A stretch of DNA of 48,026 nucleotides, from assembly GCA_045046875.1 (NCBI GenBank), contig JASFYY010000085.1:1-48026 (forward strand), read 5' to 3'. Shown piece after piece: positions 28,160 through 38,049 of this stretch. Position 1 is the first letter of the stretch. Every line of letters starts with the position of its first letter. Both the position numbers and the translations under genes were made by a program. The notes beneath the pieces were generated by a model. That model was given only the letters and a program-made list of their open reading frames with translations, made no database searches and was not told the origin of the DNA. This stretch comes from Verrucomicrobiota bacterium. GTDB lineage: Bacteria > Verrucomicrobiota > Verrucomicrobiia > Verrucomicrobiales > DEV007.

Positions 28160-29215
28160 ATGAGGAAAATACGGGAGTTTTTGTTGGGGCCGGAGGGGCA
28201 GACGAATTATTATCATGTGGTGAGCCGGACGACGGGGAGGGATATCTTGTTTGAGGATGATGAGAAGGAAACTTTTCGGATTTTGATGCTCAAGCAGCTA
28301 AAATTCAGTGGGCTGCGGGCGCTGGCTTGGTGTTTTATGGGCAATCATTTTCACTTGCTGTTGGAGGTGCCGGATAGGGGGCTGGCGACGGAGGGGTGGA
28401 CGGATGAGGATTATATCAAGCGACTGGAGGTATTTGAGAATGAGTGGTCGAGTAAGTTGGCGCTGGATGAGGTGGAGATGTTTCGCGCGAATGGGGCGAC
28501 GGAAAAGGTGAGCGAGATTGTGGAATCGGTGAGGGCGCGGTTGTTTGATCTTTCGATGTTTATGAAGGAGTTGAAGTTGAAAATGACATTGGCTTATAAT
28601 CGGAAACATGGCCGGGTGGGGACTTTGTGGGAGGGACCATTTAAGAGTGTGCTTTTACAGGGGTCGGGTGAGGGAGAGAGCAGTGATGCGTTGCGCATGG
28701 TGGCAGCTTATATTGATCTGAATCCGGTTCGTGCGGGGCTGGCGCAGGAGCCGGAGGGTTATCGCTGGTGTTCGTATGCGGCGGCGGTGGCCGGGGTACG
28801 CGGGGCGCGTCAGGGTTTGTGTTATGCGGTGACGGGACGTAGTCGAGTGGCGTGGAGGAAGGTGGCGCAGGAGTATCGGTGTTTGTTGTATGTGAAGGGA
28901 GGACAGGTGAACGCAAGTGAAACCGTGGACGGTTACAACAAAGGTAAGGGAGGTTTTAGTCGGGCGGAGATCAAAGAGGTAATGGAATCAGGTGGGCGCT
29001 TGTCGGTGGCGGAGGCATTGAGATGTAGGGTGAGGTATTTCACCGATGGGGCGGTGTTGGGCAGCCAGAGGTATGTGGATGACTTTTTTGAGAGCAAGAG
29101 GGATCACTTTGGTGCGCGGCGTAAGGATGGCGGGCGGAAGATGCGTGGGGCGCAGTGGGGGGAGTTGCGGGTATTGCGGGATTTGAAGAGGGGAGTGCTG
29201 GAGGCCAATCGTTGA
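28160..29215 (+). mobile_element. HUH Y1 transposase, REP-associated tyrosine transposase (RAYT)/IS200-like family
   Basis: YYHVVSRT, CFMGNHFHLLL (HUH), LWEGPFKS, AYIDLNPVRAGL, YRWCSY; AAGGAG RBS before ATG 28160. Confidence 0.88.
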
Positions 29216-29274
29216 GCGGAGAAGTGCGGGGATGAAAGTTTGTTATTCTGCAAACGACAGTTACCTATTCTGAG

Positions 29275-30078
29275 ATGAGATCTTTTCTAGTTATAACATC
29301 AGTGCTTATCATGGTCGCACCCTTTTGCTCTGCGGGGATGGATGAGCTTGCTCCTGCAGTGTCCGCTGGGGTTGAGTCCAAGAGTGTGATCTTGTGGCAG
29401 GATTTCAGTTTAACTTATTTGTATGGGGAGGGTTTCACCGTGGACCCGCCAGAGCAGCACACCATGACCTTTGAGTATACGGCTGGGTTAAGTTTTGGTG
29501 ATGTTTTCACTTTTACTGATTTCACCTATTATCAAGATAGTTCTGAATCTAATGGAATTTACGGTGAGCTCACTCCGCGTTTTAGTTACAATAAGATTTT
29601 TGATCAGGATTTTTCAATGAAGCCAGTTTCTGACGTGTTGTTAGCGACGTCTTTGGAATACGGCAGCAACCCGGTGGAAGCTTTTTTGTTTGGGCCTGGA
29701 ATTGATTTAAAAATTCCAGGGTTCAAGTTTTTCCAGTTAAATTTGTTTTATCGATTGGGGCTGAATAGCGAGAACCTTTCCGGTGGGTGGCAACTGTCGC
29801 CTTCTTGGTCGGTTTCATTTCCTGTTGGAAGTTCGGAGATTGTATTTGATGGGTTTATCGACTGGGTATTTGTGACTGAAAATTCCAATTACGAACCTAA
29901 TTTTCACTTTAATTCGCAGCTAAAATATAATGTGGGGAAACTCCTTTGGGGTGAGGATGGTAAACTTTATGCGGGCATTGAATACCGTTATTGGTTGAAC
30001 AAATATGGAATCAAAAATTCCAAGGCCTTTGATAGCAATGATAATGTAGTGAGTTTTCTGGTGAAATATCACTTCTAA
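29275..30078 (+). CDS. Tsx/OmpK-family nucleoside-specific outer-membrane channel
   Basis: TYLYG..F, TFEY, GDVFTFTD, YGELTPRFS, FDGFIDW, GIEYRYWLNKYGI, C-terminal YHF. Confidence 0.85.
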   Translation: MRSFLVITSVLIMVAPFCSAGMDELAPAVSAGVESKSVILWQDFSLTYLYGEGFTVDPPEQHTMTFEYTAGLSFGDVFTFTDFTYYQDSSESNGIYGELTPRFSYNKIFDQDFSMKPVSDVLLATSLEYGSNPVEAFLFGPGIDLKIPGFKFFQLNLFYRLGLNSENLSGGWQLSPSWSVSFPVGSSEIVFDGFIDWVFVTENSNYEPNFHFNSQLKYNVGKLLWGEDGKLYAGIEYRYWLNKYGIKNSKAFDSNDNVVSFLVKYHF

Positions 30079-30143
30079 CAGTTCTCTGAAATTTTCCTCT
30101 GTGAACTCGGTGTTCCCTGTGGTTTATTCATGTTTTTAATAAT

Positions 30144-31178
30144 ATGATGAAAGCGCTGACTCTGACGGAATACGGGAAATTTGAATTTGGTGAAGTTGTG
30201 GAACCGGAAGTGGGTAAGTGTGAGGTGAAGATTCGGGTGAAGGCTTGTGGCATTTGCGGTAGTGATGTGCATGGTATGGACGGAAGTTCGGGCAGGAGGA
30301 TTCCTCCGATCATCATGGGTCATGAAGCGGCGGGGGAGATTGTGGAAATTGGGCAGCAGGTAGAAGGCTGGCAGGTGGGGGATCGAGTGACTTTTGATTC
30401 GACGGTTTATTGTGGAGAGTGTGAGTCTTGTAAAAGCGGGCAGATCAATTTGTGCCCGCAGCGAAATGTGCTGGGGGTGTCTTGTGATGATTACCGTCGT
30501 CATGGAGCGTTTGCGGAGTTTGTCACCGTGCCGCAACATATCCTGTATGCTGTGCCGGATTCTTTGCCCTACGAACAAGCGGCATTTGCCGAGCCGGTAT
30601 CGATTGCTCTGCACGGGGTGAGCCGAGTGCCGTTAAAACCGGGGGATTCGGCGGTGGTGATCGGAGCGGGCTTGATTGGTTTGTTGGTGGTGCAGGCACT
30701 GAAAACGGCGGGAGCAGGGTTGGTGGTGGCGGTGGACGTGGATGAGGATCGACTGAAGATGGCTTTGGAATTGGGCGCGGATGCGGTGGTGGTATCGGGG
30801 GACGGGGCTTTGGAAAAAATACGCCAGGCAGTAGGTAATGAAGACGGGGCTGATGTGGCGATGGAGGTGGTGGGTTTCACACCGACGATCCAGTTGGCGG
30901 TGAACTGCGTGCGCAAGGGGGGCTCGGTGGGCTGTGTGGGCAATCTGCAGGCGGAAGTTCAGTTTCCTTTGCAGGCGGTGGTGACCCGGGAGCTGTCTGT
31001 ATTTGGTTCCTGTGCATCGGCGGGAGAGTATGGGGATGCGGTAAAGGCTGTGGCTGATGGCAGCATTCGGGTGGAACCCTTGATGAGCGCGGTGGCGGAT
31101 TTGCATGAGGGGGGAGAGTGGTTCGATCGTCTGCACGCGCGGGAAAAAGGTTTGATGAAGGTGATCTTAAAACCGTGA
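30144..31178 (+). CDS. Zinc-dependent sugar-alcohol dehydrogenase (galactitol-1-P/L-iditol dehydrogenase-like)
   Basis: CGICGSD, GHE, CGECESC...C, GAGLIG. Confidence 0.9.
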   Translation: MMKALTLTEYGKFEFGEVVEPEVGKCEVKIRVKACGICGSDVHGMDGSSGRRIPPIIMGHEAAGEIVEIGQQVEGWQVGDRVTFDSTVYCGECESCKSGQINLCPQRNVLGVSCDDYRRHGAFAEFVTVPQHILYAVPDSLPYEQAAFAEPVSIALHGVSRVPLKPGDSAVVIGAGLIGLLVVQALKTAGAGLVVAVDVDEDRLKMALELGADAVVVSGDGALEKIRQAVGNEDGADVAMEVVGFTPTIQLAVNCVRKGGSVGCVGNLQAEVQFPLQAVVTRELSVFGSCASAGEYGDAVKAVADGSIRVEPLMSAVADLHEGGEWFDRLHAREKGLMKVILKP

Positions 31179-31309
31179 AATATTTGCTAACCACTGATTC
31201 ACACTGATGGGCACTGATGTTAAGAAATGAATGAGGAACTCTCGTTTGAAACGGCAGTGCTTGAATTTGATGGTGCACCTTTTTTATTAAGCCTGAATAG
31301 TTACAAAAA

Positions 31310-32281
31310 ATGAACACCAAACTAAAATGGGGGGTATTGGGCACCGGGATGATAGCGGGCAAATTTGCCGGGGATCTTCCGAAATCGAATATGGGAGTGT
31401 TGGTGGCCGCGGGTTCGCGCACGCAGGAATCGGCGGATCGTTTTGCGGGGCAATACGGCGGACGGGGAGTTGAGGGCTACGAGGATTTGATCAATGATCA
31501 GGAGGTGCAGGCGGTTTATAATTGTCTGCCCAACGGATTGCATCATGAGTGGTCGATTGCAGCGATGCGCGCAGGCAAACATGTGTTGTGTGAAAAGCCT
31601 TTTGCTCTGAATGTGACGGAGGCGGAGCAAATGTTTGCGGTGGCGGAGGAAACCGGGAGGGTTCTGGTGGAGGCTTTCATGTATCGGGCGCACCCGCAGA
31701 CGCAGAAGTTGATTGAAATGGTGCGAGGTGGGGTGATTGGGGACTTGAGATTGATTCGTTCGAATTTCACTTTTTATCGTGCGCCAAGCATGGATGATGC
31801 TCGTTATCATCCGTCTCAAGGCGGTGGAGCGATCATGGATGTGGGCACCTATTGTGTGAATATGATTCGCCAATTGGCGGGATCAGAGCCGACGGAAATA
31901 CAGGCGATGGCGCATTTGTACCAGGGCGATGGGGTGGATGACTATGCGACGGGTCTACTGCGTTTTGGCAACGACTTGCTGACGACGTTCACCTGCGGTA
32001 TGACGGTGGATTCGGATCAGGGGACTTATATTGCAGGCACTGAGGGGGTGATTGAAGTGGATGCCTTTTGGTTTTGCAAAAATAGTTTTACGGTTAACAA
32101 GGGGGGTAAAAAAGAAGAGGTGAAGGTGGATGAAGGACGGCCGCTTTACGCAGTGGAGGCGGATGCTTTTGCGGCTGCGGTATTGGATGGGGAGGATCCG
32201 TGGGTTAGTAAAGAGGATACACTGGGGAATATGCGGGTGATGGATGTTTTGCGGGAAAGTGCGGGGGTGCCGGTGGAGTGA
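31310..32281 (+). CDS. Gfo/Idh/MocA oxidoreductase
   Basis: WGVLGTGMIA, GKHVLCEKP, GGGAIMDVGTY. Confidence 0.92.
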   Translation: MNTKLKWGVLGTGMIAGKFAGDLPKSNMGVLVAAGSRTQESADRFAGQYGGRGVEGYEDLINDQEVQAVYNCLPNGLHHEWSIAAMRAGKHVLCEKPFALNVTEAEQMFAVAEETGRVLVEAFMYRAHPQTQKLIEMVRGGVIGDLRLIRSNFTFYRAPSMDDARYHPSQGGGAIMDVGTYCVNMIRQLAGSEPTEIQAMAHLYQGDGVDDYATGLLRFGNDLLTTFTCGMTVDSDQGTYIAGTEGVIEVDAFWFCKNSFTVNKGGKKEEVKVDEGRPLYAVEADAFAAAVLDGEDPWVSKEDTLGNMRVMDVLRESAGVPVE

Positions 32282-32344
32282 GGGGAAGAAGGTCAGTGGG
32301 GTAGGGAACTTGCTTTTGGTTTATTTTGATGTTTCTAGGGCCGC

Positions 32345-32370
32345 GGGACAGGTTTGGAAACCTATCCTAC
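32345..32370 (-). repeat. GTAG-class REP-like hairpin overlapping the isomerase stop; related hairpins at ~37993-38017 and ~39080-39102
   Basis: Reverse complement GTAGGATAGGTTTCCAAACCTGTC; others read gtcggggcggaggcccgacctat and ggagcgcggacttttcagtccgc. Confidence 0.55.
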
Positions 32371-33162
32371 GAGTTTTTGCATTTTCTCTAGGCCGGTTTT
32401 GGCTACCTCTAGCGGGTCTTTTTGCCAGAGATCGGCATTGAAGAGTTCCAGGCTGATCCATTTGTCGTAGCCTTTTTCTTTGAGGATTTTGATTTCGGCG
32501 GGGAGGTCGATCTGGCCTTCGCCAAGCATGACGCGGTCGGGGTCGGTCTGGGTGCCGGAGGCTTTGCTTGGATCGGCGTCGTCGATGTGGTAGTGGGCGA
32601 TGCGTTCGAGTGGCAGGGCGCGCAGGTCGTCCAGAGTGGTGGAGTTATTCCAGTTGTGGAAGGCGTCGAGGATGGTGCAGGCATCGGCATCGCCGGTGCG
32701 GTCGAGCACGGTCACGGTGTCTTTGACGTTGTTGAGCGAGGCAAAAAAGCTGATGTACTCGAGCACGGCCTGCACACCGGTTTCGCGTCCGATTTGCAGC
32801 AGGTCTTTATAACCTTCGTGCAGTTGTGAAATGTCGTCGTGCAGCATCGGCGGGGTGCAGACCATTAATGGAGATCCGAGCCGGGCGGCGAGTTCGAATC
32901 GCCGCCGTGCTTCGTCGAGGGCGAGTTGGTATTCCCAATCACGGGTTTCGCCCCAATTGCGCACGGCGATGAAACAGGGAACTTCAAGCCCCTGGTCGGT
33001 GAGCGCTTTTTCTACATCGGAGACTTCGCCTCCGCGACCGACGTGTTGGTAGATTTCGGTTGCCCACAGTTCGATGCCGTCGTAGCCGGCTTCGCCAGCG
33101 ACACGGATCTTGTCCAGCAGCGGGGTGGTTTTGATAGTGGAGGCGTTGAGGGATAGTTTCAT
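32362..33162 (-). CDS. Sugar phosphate isomerase/epimerase (xylose-isomerase-like TIM barrel)
   Basis: AGYDGIELW, LEY, LDAFH, HYHIDD, RVMLGEG.ID, SLELF. Confidence 0.88.
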   Translation of the reverse strand: MKLSLNASTIKTTPLLDKIRVAGEAGYDGIELWATEIYQHVGRGGEVSDVEKALTDQGLEVPCFIAVRNWGETRDWEYQLALDEARRRFELAARLGSPLMVCTPPMLHDDISQLHEGYKDLLQIGRETGVQAVLEYISFFASLNNVKDTVTVLDRTGDADACTILDAFHNWNNSTTLDDLRALPLERIAHYHIDDADPSKASGTQTDPDRVMLGEGQIDLPAEIKILKEKGYDKWISLELFNADLWQKDPLEVAKTGLEKMQKLVG

Positions 33163-34262
33163 GCCAGTAGTTCTGCGATTTGTTGATTGCTGAGGAAGTG
33201 GCCGACCAGAGGTTGGGAGAGATCATCCTGGGATTGCTGCCAAGTGGCGAAGATGCCGTCATCGGTGACCAGAGTTCCAACATAACGGGAGCAGCCGGTG
33301 CCCATGGGAGAGATGAAAAGTGGTGCGTCGACGGTGATGGATTCGATGTTGGGAAAGTCGGCATCGTTGCCAAGGGCCAGGCCGCCGATTTCCTCGCAGG
33401 ACCAACCGCGTGGACGAGCGACGGCTTTGGGGTTGTCGTCGAGTTGGCGCAGGCATTCGGCGCTGTCGTAAAAATAGAGTGATTGATCGGGTTGGGCAGC
33501 AAAAGCTCCGATTTTTGGAATCGGCAAACGATCAGTGACCCGGGCGGCGGCGATGTCCCATACCGGGCCGCGGTTGAGCATGGAATCGGTGCGGTGTTGG
33601 TATTCGGACGAGCCCGGCGCGCGGGTGATGACCGAGGTGCCCGAGCTGGACCAGGAAAAAGGGTGGGTGCAATAGATCAGAGCAAGGCTGCCGTCGGGCA
33701 GGTCGGTGGTCACGGGGTCTTTGACATGCAAGTAGGGAGGAGGACCAAAAGGGATGATTTCCTCGATATTGGCGGGTGAAAGCTCATCGACGGTCGCTGC
33801 GTGGATACGGTCGATGGACCAGACTCCGGTGCCGGGTTTTTGAAAGTCTTTGTGGCTTTCGGGATATAGGTCGTCTTTTTCGGTGGAGATAAAGAGCTCT
33901 ATGCCCTGCTCGGTGAGATGCAGCGCACAGCCTTCGATGGAAACCACTTCGCGACCTTCACAAGTGAGGTCGGTTTTGGAAAAGCTAACAATTTTAGAAA
34001 AATCACCACCAGGAGAATCGGCGCGAAAGATAGCCAGTTCCAAGCCGCGTGCGCCAGCGCCGGTACCGGTACGGGAATCGCCAAAGTTGCGGTAGCGTCC
34101 ACAGGCCAGGATCGAACCATCTTTATCTTGCACCACATTGCCGCCGCCAAACCAGAATCCGGTGGATGGGTCTTGGGCAGGGATGAGGATGCGCGCTTCT
34201 TCTTGGTCGATCAATGCAGAAGCAAATGCGGTGAGCTTGGTGGAAGTGGAATCATCAATCAT
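33159..34262 (-). CDS. Hypothetical protein, probable beta-propeller glycosidase/sialidase-like
   Basis: GFWFGGGN, GRYRNFGDSR, HVKDP motifs; ATGA coupling to the isomerase. Confidence 0.55.
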   Translation of the reverse strand: MIDDSTSTKLTAFASALIDQEEARILIPAQDPSTGFWFGGGNVVQDKDGSILACGRYRNFGDSRTGTGAGARGLELAIFRADSPGGDFSKIVSFSKTDLTCEGREVVSIEGCALHLTEQGIELFISTEKDDLYPESHKDFQKPGTGVWSIDRIHAATVDELSPANIEEIIPFGPPPYLHVKDPVTTDLPDGSLALIYCTHPFSWSSSGTSVITRAPGSSEYQHRTDSMLNRGPVWDIAAARVTDRLPIPKIGAFAAQPDQSLYFYDSAECLRQLDDNPKAVARPRGWSCEEIGGLALGNDADFPNIESITVDAPLFISPMGTGCSRYVGTLVTDDGIFATWQQSQDDLSQPLVGHFLSNQQIAELLA

Positions 34263-34297
34263 GTGAGGACGATCAAATAAAAATTACTGCACTGCAA

Positions 34298-34325
34298 GGA
34301 GTTTTTATAAATTCATAAAAACTCC
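34298..34325. promoter_or_regulatory. Perfect 11-bp-arm palindrome in a divergent promoter region
   Basis: ggagtttttat-aaattc-ataaaaactcc, immediately upstream of a TTGCAG -35-like hexamer on the minus strand. Confidence 0.5.
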
Positions 34326-34499
34326 AATATCCCTGGTTTGGGCAGTGAGAGTTCAGGTTGAGGCAAATAGATTCGTTGAAATTGCGGGAAAGCTTTACGA
34401 AGCCGGTTATTTGTGTGAAAACCTAATTTCTCCTAGTGAAGAACTTTTTACGGTAACAGGGGTTGTATGGTTTCCGGGTGGATAATTGATCGGGTAAAT

Positions 34500-35183
34500 A
34501 TGATATTTTTTAGTAAAAGAGGGGTGCGTGCCTGGACTTTATTTCTATACGGCATAGGAGCTGGGGGATTTATTGATCATTTGCATGCCCAGCAATCGGG
34601 GGCAGCTTCAGGAGCTGTTTTGGAGGATTTACCCCCATCGGTGGAGAAGAAGAATTTCAGTGAATTGATGAAAAATTCGCCGTTCACGCGTTCATTGGAT
34701 TTATCCGATTCCTTGATTTTGACAGGGGTGGCCAAGGTGGATGGGAAAACGGTGGCGACTTTGATCAACAAGGAGACCAAGGAAACCTACGTGATTTCAG
34801 AGCATCCAAATGCCCAAGGCTGGAAAATGGTGGGAATAAACGAGGGGGAGGATTTGGAAAAAGTGACTGCCAAAATAGCCCTGTCGGGAGGCGAAGTGGT
34901 GACGGTGAGGTTTGATGAGTCGCGGTTGAAACCCGGCGAAGCCAAACCTGCGGCTGGTCCGGGAGGAGAGAAAAAGGAAGGCAAGGACGAACGGCGCAGG
35001 CGGAAACATGGCGGGCCACCTCCTGAGGTGATGGCAAAATTAAAAAAGTTGAGTGACGAACAGCGTGGCAAATTGCGTGAATACATGACTAAAAAGATGC
35101 AGGGGAGTCCGGATATGACGACTGAAGAACGCCGGGCGTTGTTAGGGCAGGCGGTAGAGCGGTTAACGGCGGGCAACAAGTAG
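34500..35183 (+). CDS. Hypothetical exported/membrane-anchored protein upstream of the secretin (possible GspC-like accessory)
   Basis: N-terminal hydrophobic segment, SPF...LILTGVAKVDGKTVATLIN beta-rich domain, helical tail; start at 34467 or 34500. Confidence 0.5.
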   Translation: MIFFSKRGVRAWTLFLYGIGAGGFIDHLHAQQSGAASGAVLEDLPPSVEKKNFSELMKNSPFTRSLDLSDSLILTGVAKVDGKTVATLINKETKETYVISEHPNAQGWKMVGINEGEDLEKVTAKIALSGGEVVTVRFDESRLKPGEAKPAAGPGGEKKEGKDERRRRKHGGPPPEVMAKLKKLSDEQRGKLREYMTKKMQGSPDMTTEERRALLGQAVERLTAGNK

Positions 35184-35259
35184 GGCTTGGGGATAAGAAT
35201 TGTGAAATAGGAATTGCGTCGGGTTGGTAGTATGAGTTAAAGAGCTAGGGGAAGAATTC

Positions 35260-37980
35260 ATGGTAGTAAGTCTAAAAAGTATCAAAGTAGCAGTGTGCCG
35301 TTTGGGAGGAAATTCCAAACGGCAGGCGGCGGCTTGGTTACTGGGCGGTATTTTGGTTTTGACCGGAGCTGTGGCGGGTGGCCAGACAGCCCGGGCGCCC
35401 CGGGTGAATCGCAACTTGCAGATTCTGGCTCAAAGCCAGAAAGCGGCGGCAGCGGCGGTGAATGCGGTTAAAAAGGTCGAAGAAAAACCGCAGGAGAAAG
35501 CTACGGAAGCTAAAGGGAAAACGACTGTAACGGTTGCTGCTCCCACAACTGAGACGAAGCCAAACAATCAAGCCCAGCGTCCACCGATAGGAGGGCGGCG
35601 GCCGGACACTTCTCGACGACCAGGTGGGGATCGGGTGAGTTTGCAATTCCCACTCAACCCGGTGTCGGATATTTTGAATATTTACGAGCGTTTGGTGGGA
35701 AAGACGATCATCAAGGATACCACTATTTTTGATGGGCCACAGATCAGTCTGGTGACACCGGTGGAGGTCAGCAAGGAGGATGCGATACGTTTGATCGAAG
35801 CCTCTCTGATCACTAACGGTTATGTTCTTGTTCAGGGTGAAGAGGGGAAAACGGTTAAAGTGCTGAGGGCTTCAGGAGGAAAAAGTCCGGCGTCTTCGTT
35901 TACTGAAGGTTTGTTGATGTTCACTACGCCGGAGTCTTTGCCGCATGGCGACACCTTGGTAGCTTATTATATGGGGGTTCGTTTTATGGATCCGGAGGAG
36001 CTGGCGACGATTTTTGCCAATCACGTTACTTTGCATTCGTTTGGCCGGGTGACCCCGATCGCTACGCCGCCGGGTTTGTTGATCACTGAAAACGCATCGA
36101 TCATTCGTCAGTTTATCAAGTTGAAAGAGCTGATCGATGTGGTGCCGGAAGATGCTCCGCTGATGACGGAGTTTGTGAAGATCAAATATGCCGAAGCGAA
36201 TGTGGTGTCGCAAATCATTCAAGCTGCGATGGATGCCCGGATGGAGGAAAGTCTGCGCATGAGTGAGTCTGGGCGGACTTTGAGTGGAAAGGTGCAGACC
36301 GCAACGGCCACTAAAAATAATAAAACTTCCAATCGCCCCGCGAGTTCCCAGCAGGTGACGATCAGGACGGCGAGCGGACAACTGGTTCGAGGTTCGACCC
36401 AGGGCGCGGCGAATAACGGCATCGGTACGGCGGAACGTCCGGCGGCCCAGTTGATTCCTGACGACCGCTTGAATCGGATCATGGTGGTCGCATCACCCCA
36501 GGATCTTGCTTATGTGTTGCAGATGATCAAAGAATTTGATCAGCCCTTGGTATCTGAAGAAGCTTTGGAGCGTCCGCTGAATTATGTGAAAGCGAATGAT
36601 ATCCTGCCGGTGGTGGTCGATATTTTACAGGACACGGGAACGGGGCAGACGATTTTGCCCGGTGGCAGGCAAATCAATACCCGTCCGACTCCGGTCACTT
36701 CATCACAGCTTTCGGTTTTGACCGGAACCCAGAACAGGCAGCAGCAAACGCGGGTGCAGGGCAATGCTGCTGACAGTTCGGGCAGAGCGGATCAATTGGC
36801 TTTCCCTGTGGATGATGTGGCTCCTATTTCAGTTTTGGTGGGTAAAACGCGGATCATTGCTGACCGGCAGGGCAATGCGATTATTGTGATTGGGTCCGAT
36901 GAATCCAAAAAACTGGTTTCCAAAATCATTGATATTTTGGATCGCAAACCCTTGCAGGTTTATCTGGCAACGGTGATTGGTCAATTGCAGTTGGAAGAGG
37001 GGGCAGAGTTTGGTATTGATTACCTTCAGCGTTATACTCAATTTGATTCGGCGAATCCGGCTGCAGGAGGCATCGCCAGCAGTTTGTTCAATTCCCGTCG
37101 TGATGTGATCACTAACCGGAATGTGGATGATTTACGCAGTAATGTGGTGACTACGCCCTTTGGGCCAGCCGATGGATTGAATGTTTATGGGCAGCTTGGA
37201 GACTCTCTTGATGTGTTTATCACCGCACTTGAGAGCACGGATCGTTTTAAAGTATTGTCCCGGCCAGTGGTTTATACTCAAAATGGTAAGCGGGCAGAGA
37301 TCACCTCGGGTTCGAAAATTCCGGTGCCGAGAGAGAGTTTGTCTGATACGACGAATAATGTGAATACCACGGCGGTGCGCACCACGATTGATTTTGAGGA
37401 TGTGGTACTGAAACTCGAAGTGGTGCCGACGATCAATAGGGAAAATCAGGTGACTTTGGATATTGTGCAGGTGAATGATAATGTGATCGGGACGACCATA
37501 GTGGCTGGTAGTGAGGTGCCGATCATCGGAACCCAGGAGTTGAATACCACGGTGACGGTGCCGCATCGTCATACAATCGTATTGGGAGGTTTGATTTCAG
37601 AGGAGAATAACGATGCGGATACCGGGGTGCCGTTTTTGAGTCGAATTCCGGTATTGGGCTATCTGGTGAAAAATACCAGACGAGGCAACAAGCGTTCGGA
37701 GTTGTTGATTTTTATTCAGCCAACCATTGTCGATGATGAAAAATCGTTGAAAGCTGCGAGCCGTGATGAAGACGCACGCACTTTGGTGGGGGGGGAAGTT
37801 GCCCGAAGTTTTCCTGAAGCGGGGCAACCGACCCGTGAGCAAGCTCGATCATTTCAGGTAAATCCTCCCAAGGTGAAAAAGAAAAGGGGGTTTCTTTGGT
37901 TCAAAAAAAGAACCCCCAAGGAGGTGAATGATTCTTTTGATCGATCAGAATGGCCGAGCATCGTGCCGGGCAATGGTTGA
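35260..37980 (+). CDS. gspD: Type II secretion secretin (GspD/PulD-like)
   Basis: N0 domain, repeated N domains (IPDDRLNRIMV, IIADRQGNAIIV), LDRKPLQVYL, KVLSRP, GVPFLSRIPVLGYL...RSELLIFIQP. Confidence 0.88.
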   Translation: MVVSLKSIKVAVCRLGGNSKRQAAAWLLGGILVLTGAVAGGQTARAPRVNRNLQILAQSQKAAAAAVNAVKKVEEKPQEKATEAKGKTTVTVAAPTTETKPNNQAQRPPIGGRRPDTSRRPGGDRVSLQFPLNPVSDILNIYERLVGKTIIKDTTIFDGPQISLVTPVEVSKEDAIRLIEASLITNGYVLVQGEEGKTVKVLRASGGKSPASSFTEGLLMFTTPESLPHGDTLVAYYMGVRFMDPEELATIFANHVTLHSFGRVTPIATPPGLLITENASIIRQFIKLKELIDVVPEDAPLMTEFVKIKYAEANVVSQIIQAAMDARMEESLRMSESGRTLSGKVQTATATKNNKTSNRPASSQQVTIRTASGQLVRGSTQGAANNGIGTAERPAAQLIPDDRLNRIMVVASPQDLAYVLQMIKEFDQPLVSEEALERPLNYVKANDILPVVVDILQDTGTGQTILPGGRQINTRPTPVTSSQLSVLTGTQNRQQQTRVQGNAADSSGRADQLAFPVDDVAPISVLVGKTRIIADRQGNAIIVIGSDESKKLVSKIIDILDRKPLQVYLATVIGQLQLEEGAEFGIDYLQRYTQFDSANPAAGGIASSLFNSRRDVITNRNVDDLRSNVVTTPFGPADGLNVYGQLGDSLDVFITALESTDRFKVLSRPVVYTQNGKRAEITSGSKIPVPRESLSDTTNNVNTTAVRTTIDFEDVVLKLEVVPTINRENQVTLDIVQVNDNVIGTTIVAGSEVPIIGTQELNTTVTVPHRHTIVLGGLISEENNDADTGVPFLSRIPVLGYLVKNTRRGNKRSELLIFIQPTIVDDEKSLKAASRDEDARTLVGGEVARSFPEAGQPTREQARSFQVNPPKVKKKRGFLWFKKRTPKEVNDSFDRSEWPSIVPGNG

Positions 37981-38049
37981 TGGGTGATGCGTGGTCGGGG
38001 CGGAGGCCCGACCTATGGGCGTGGAGTGAACAAGGGGCGAGGCGGCAAG

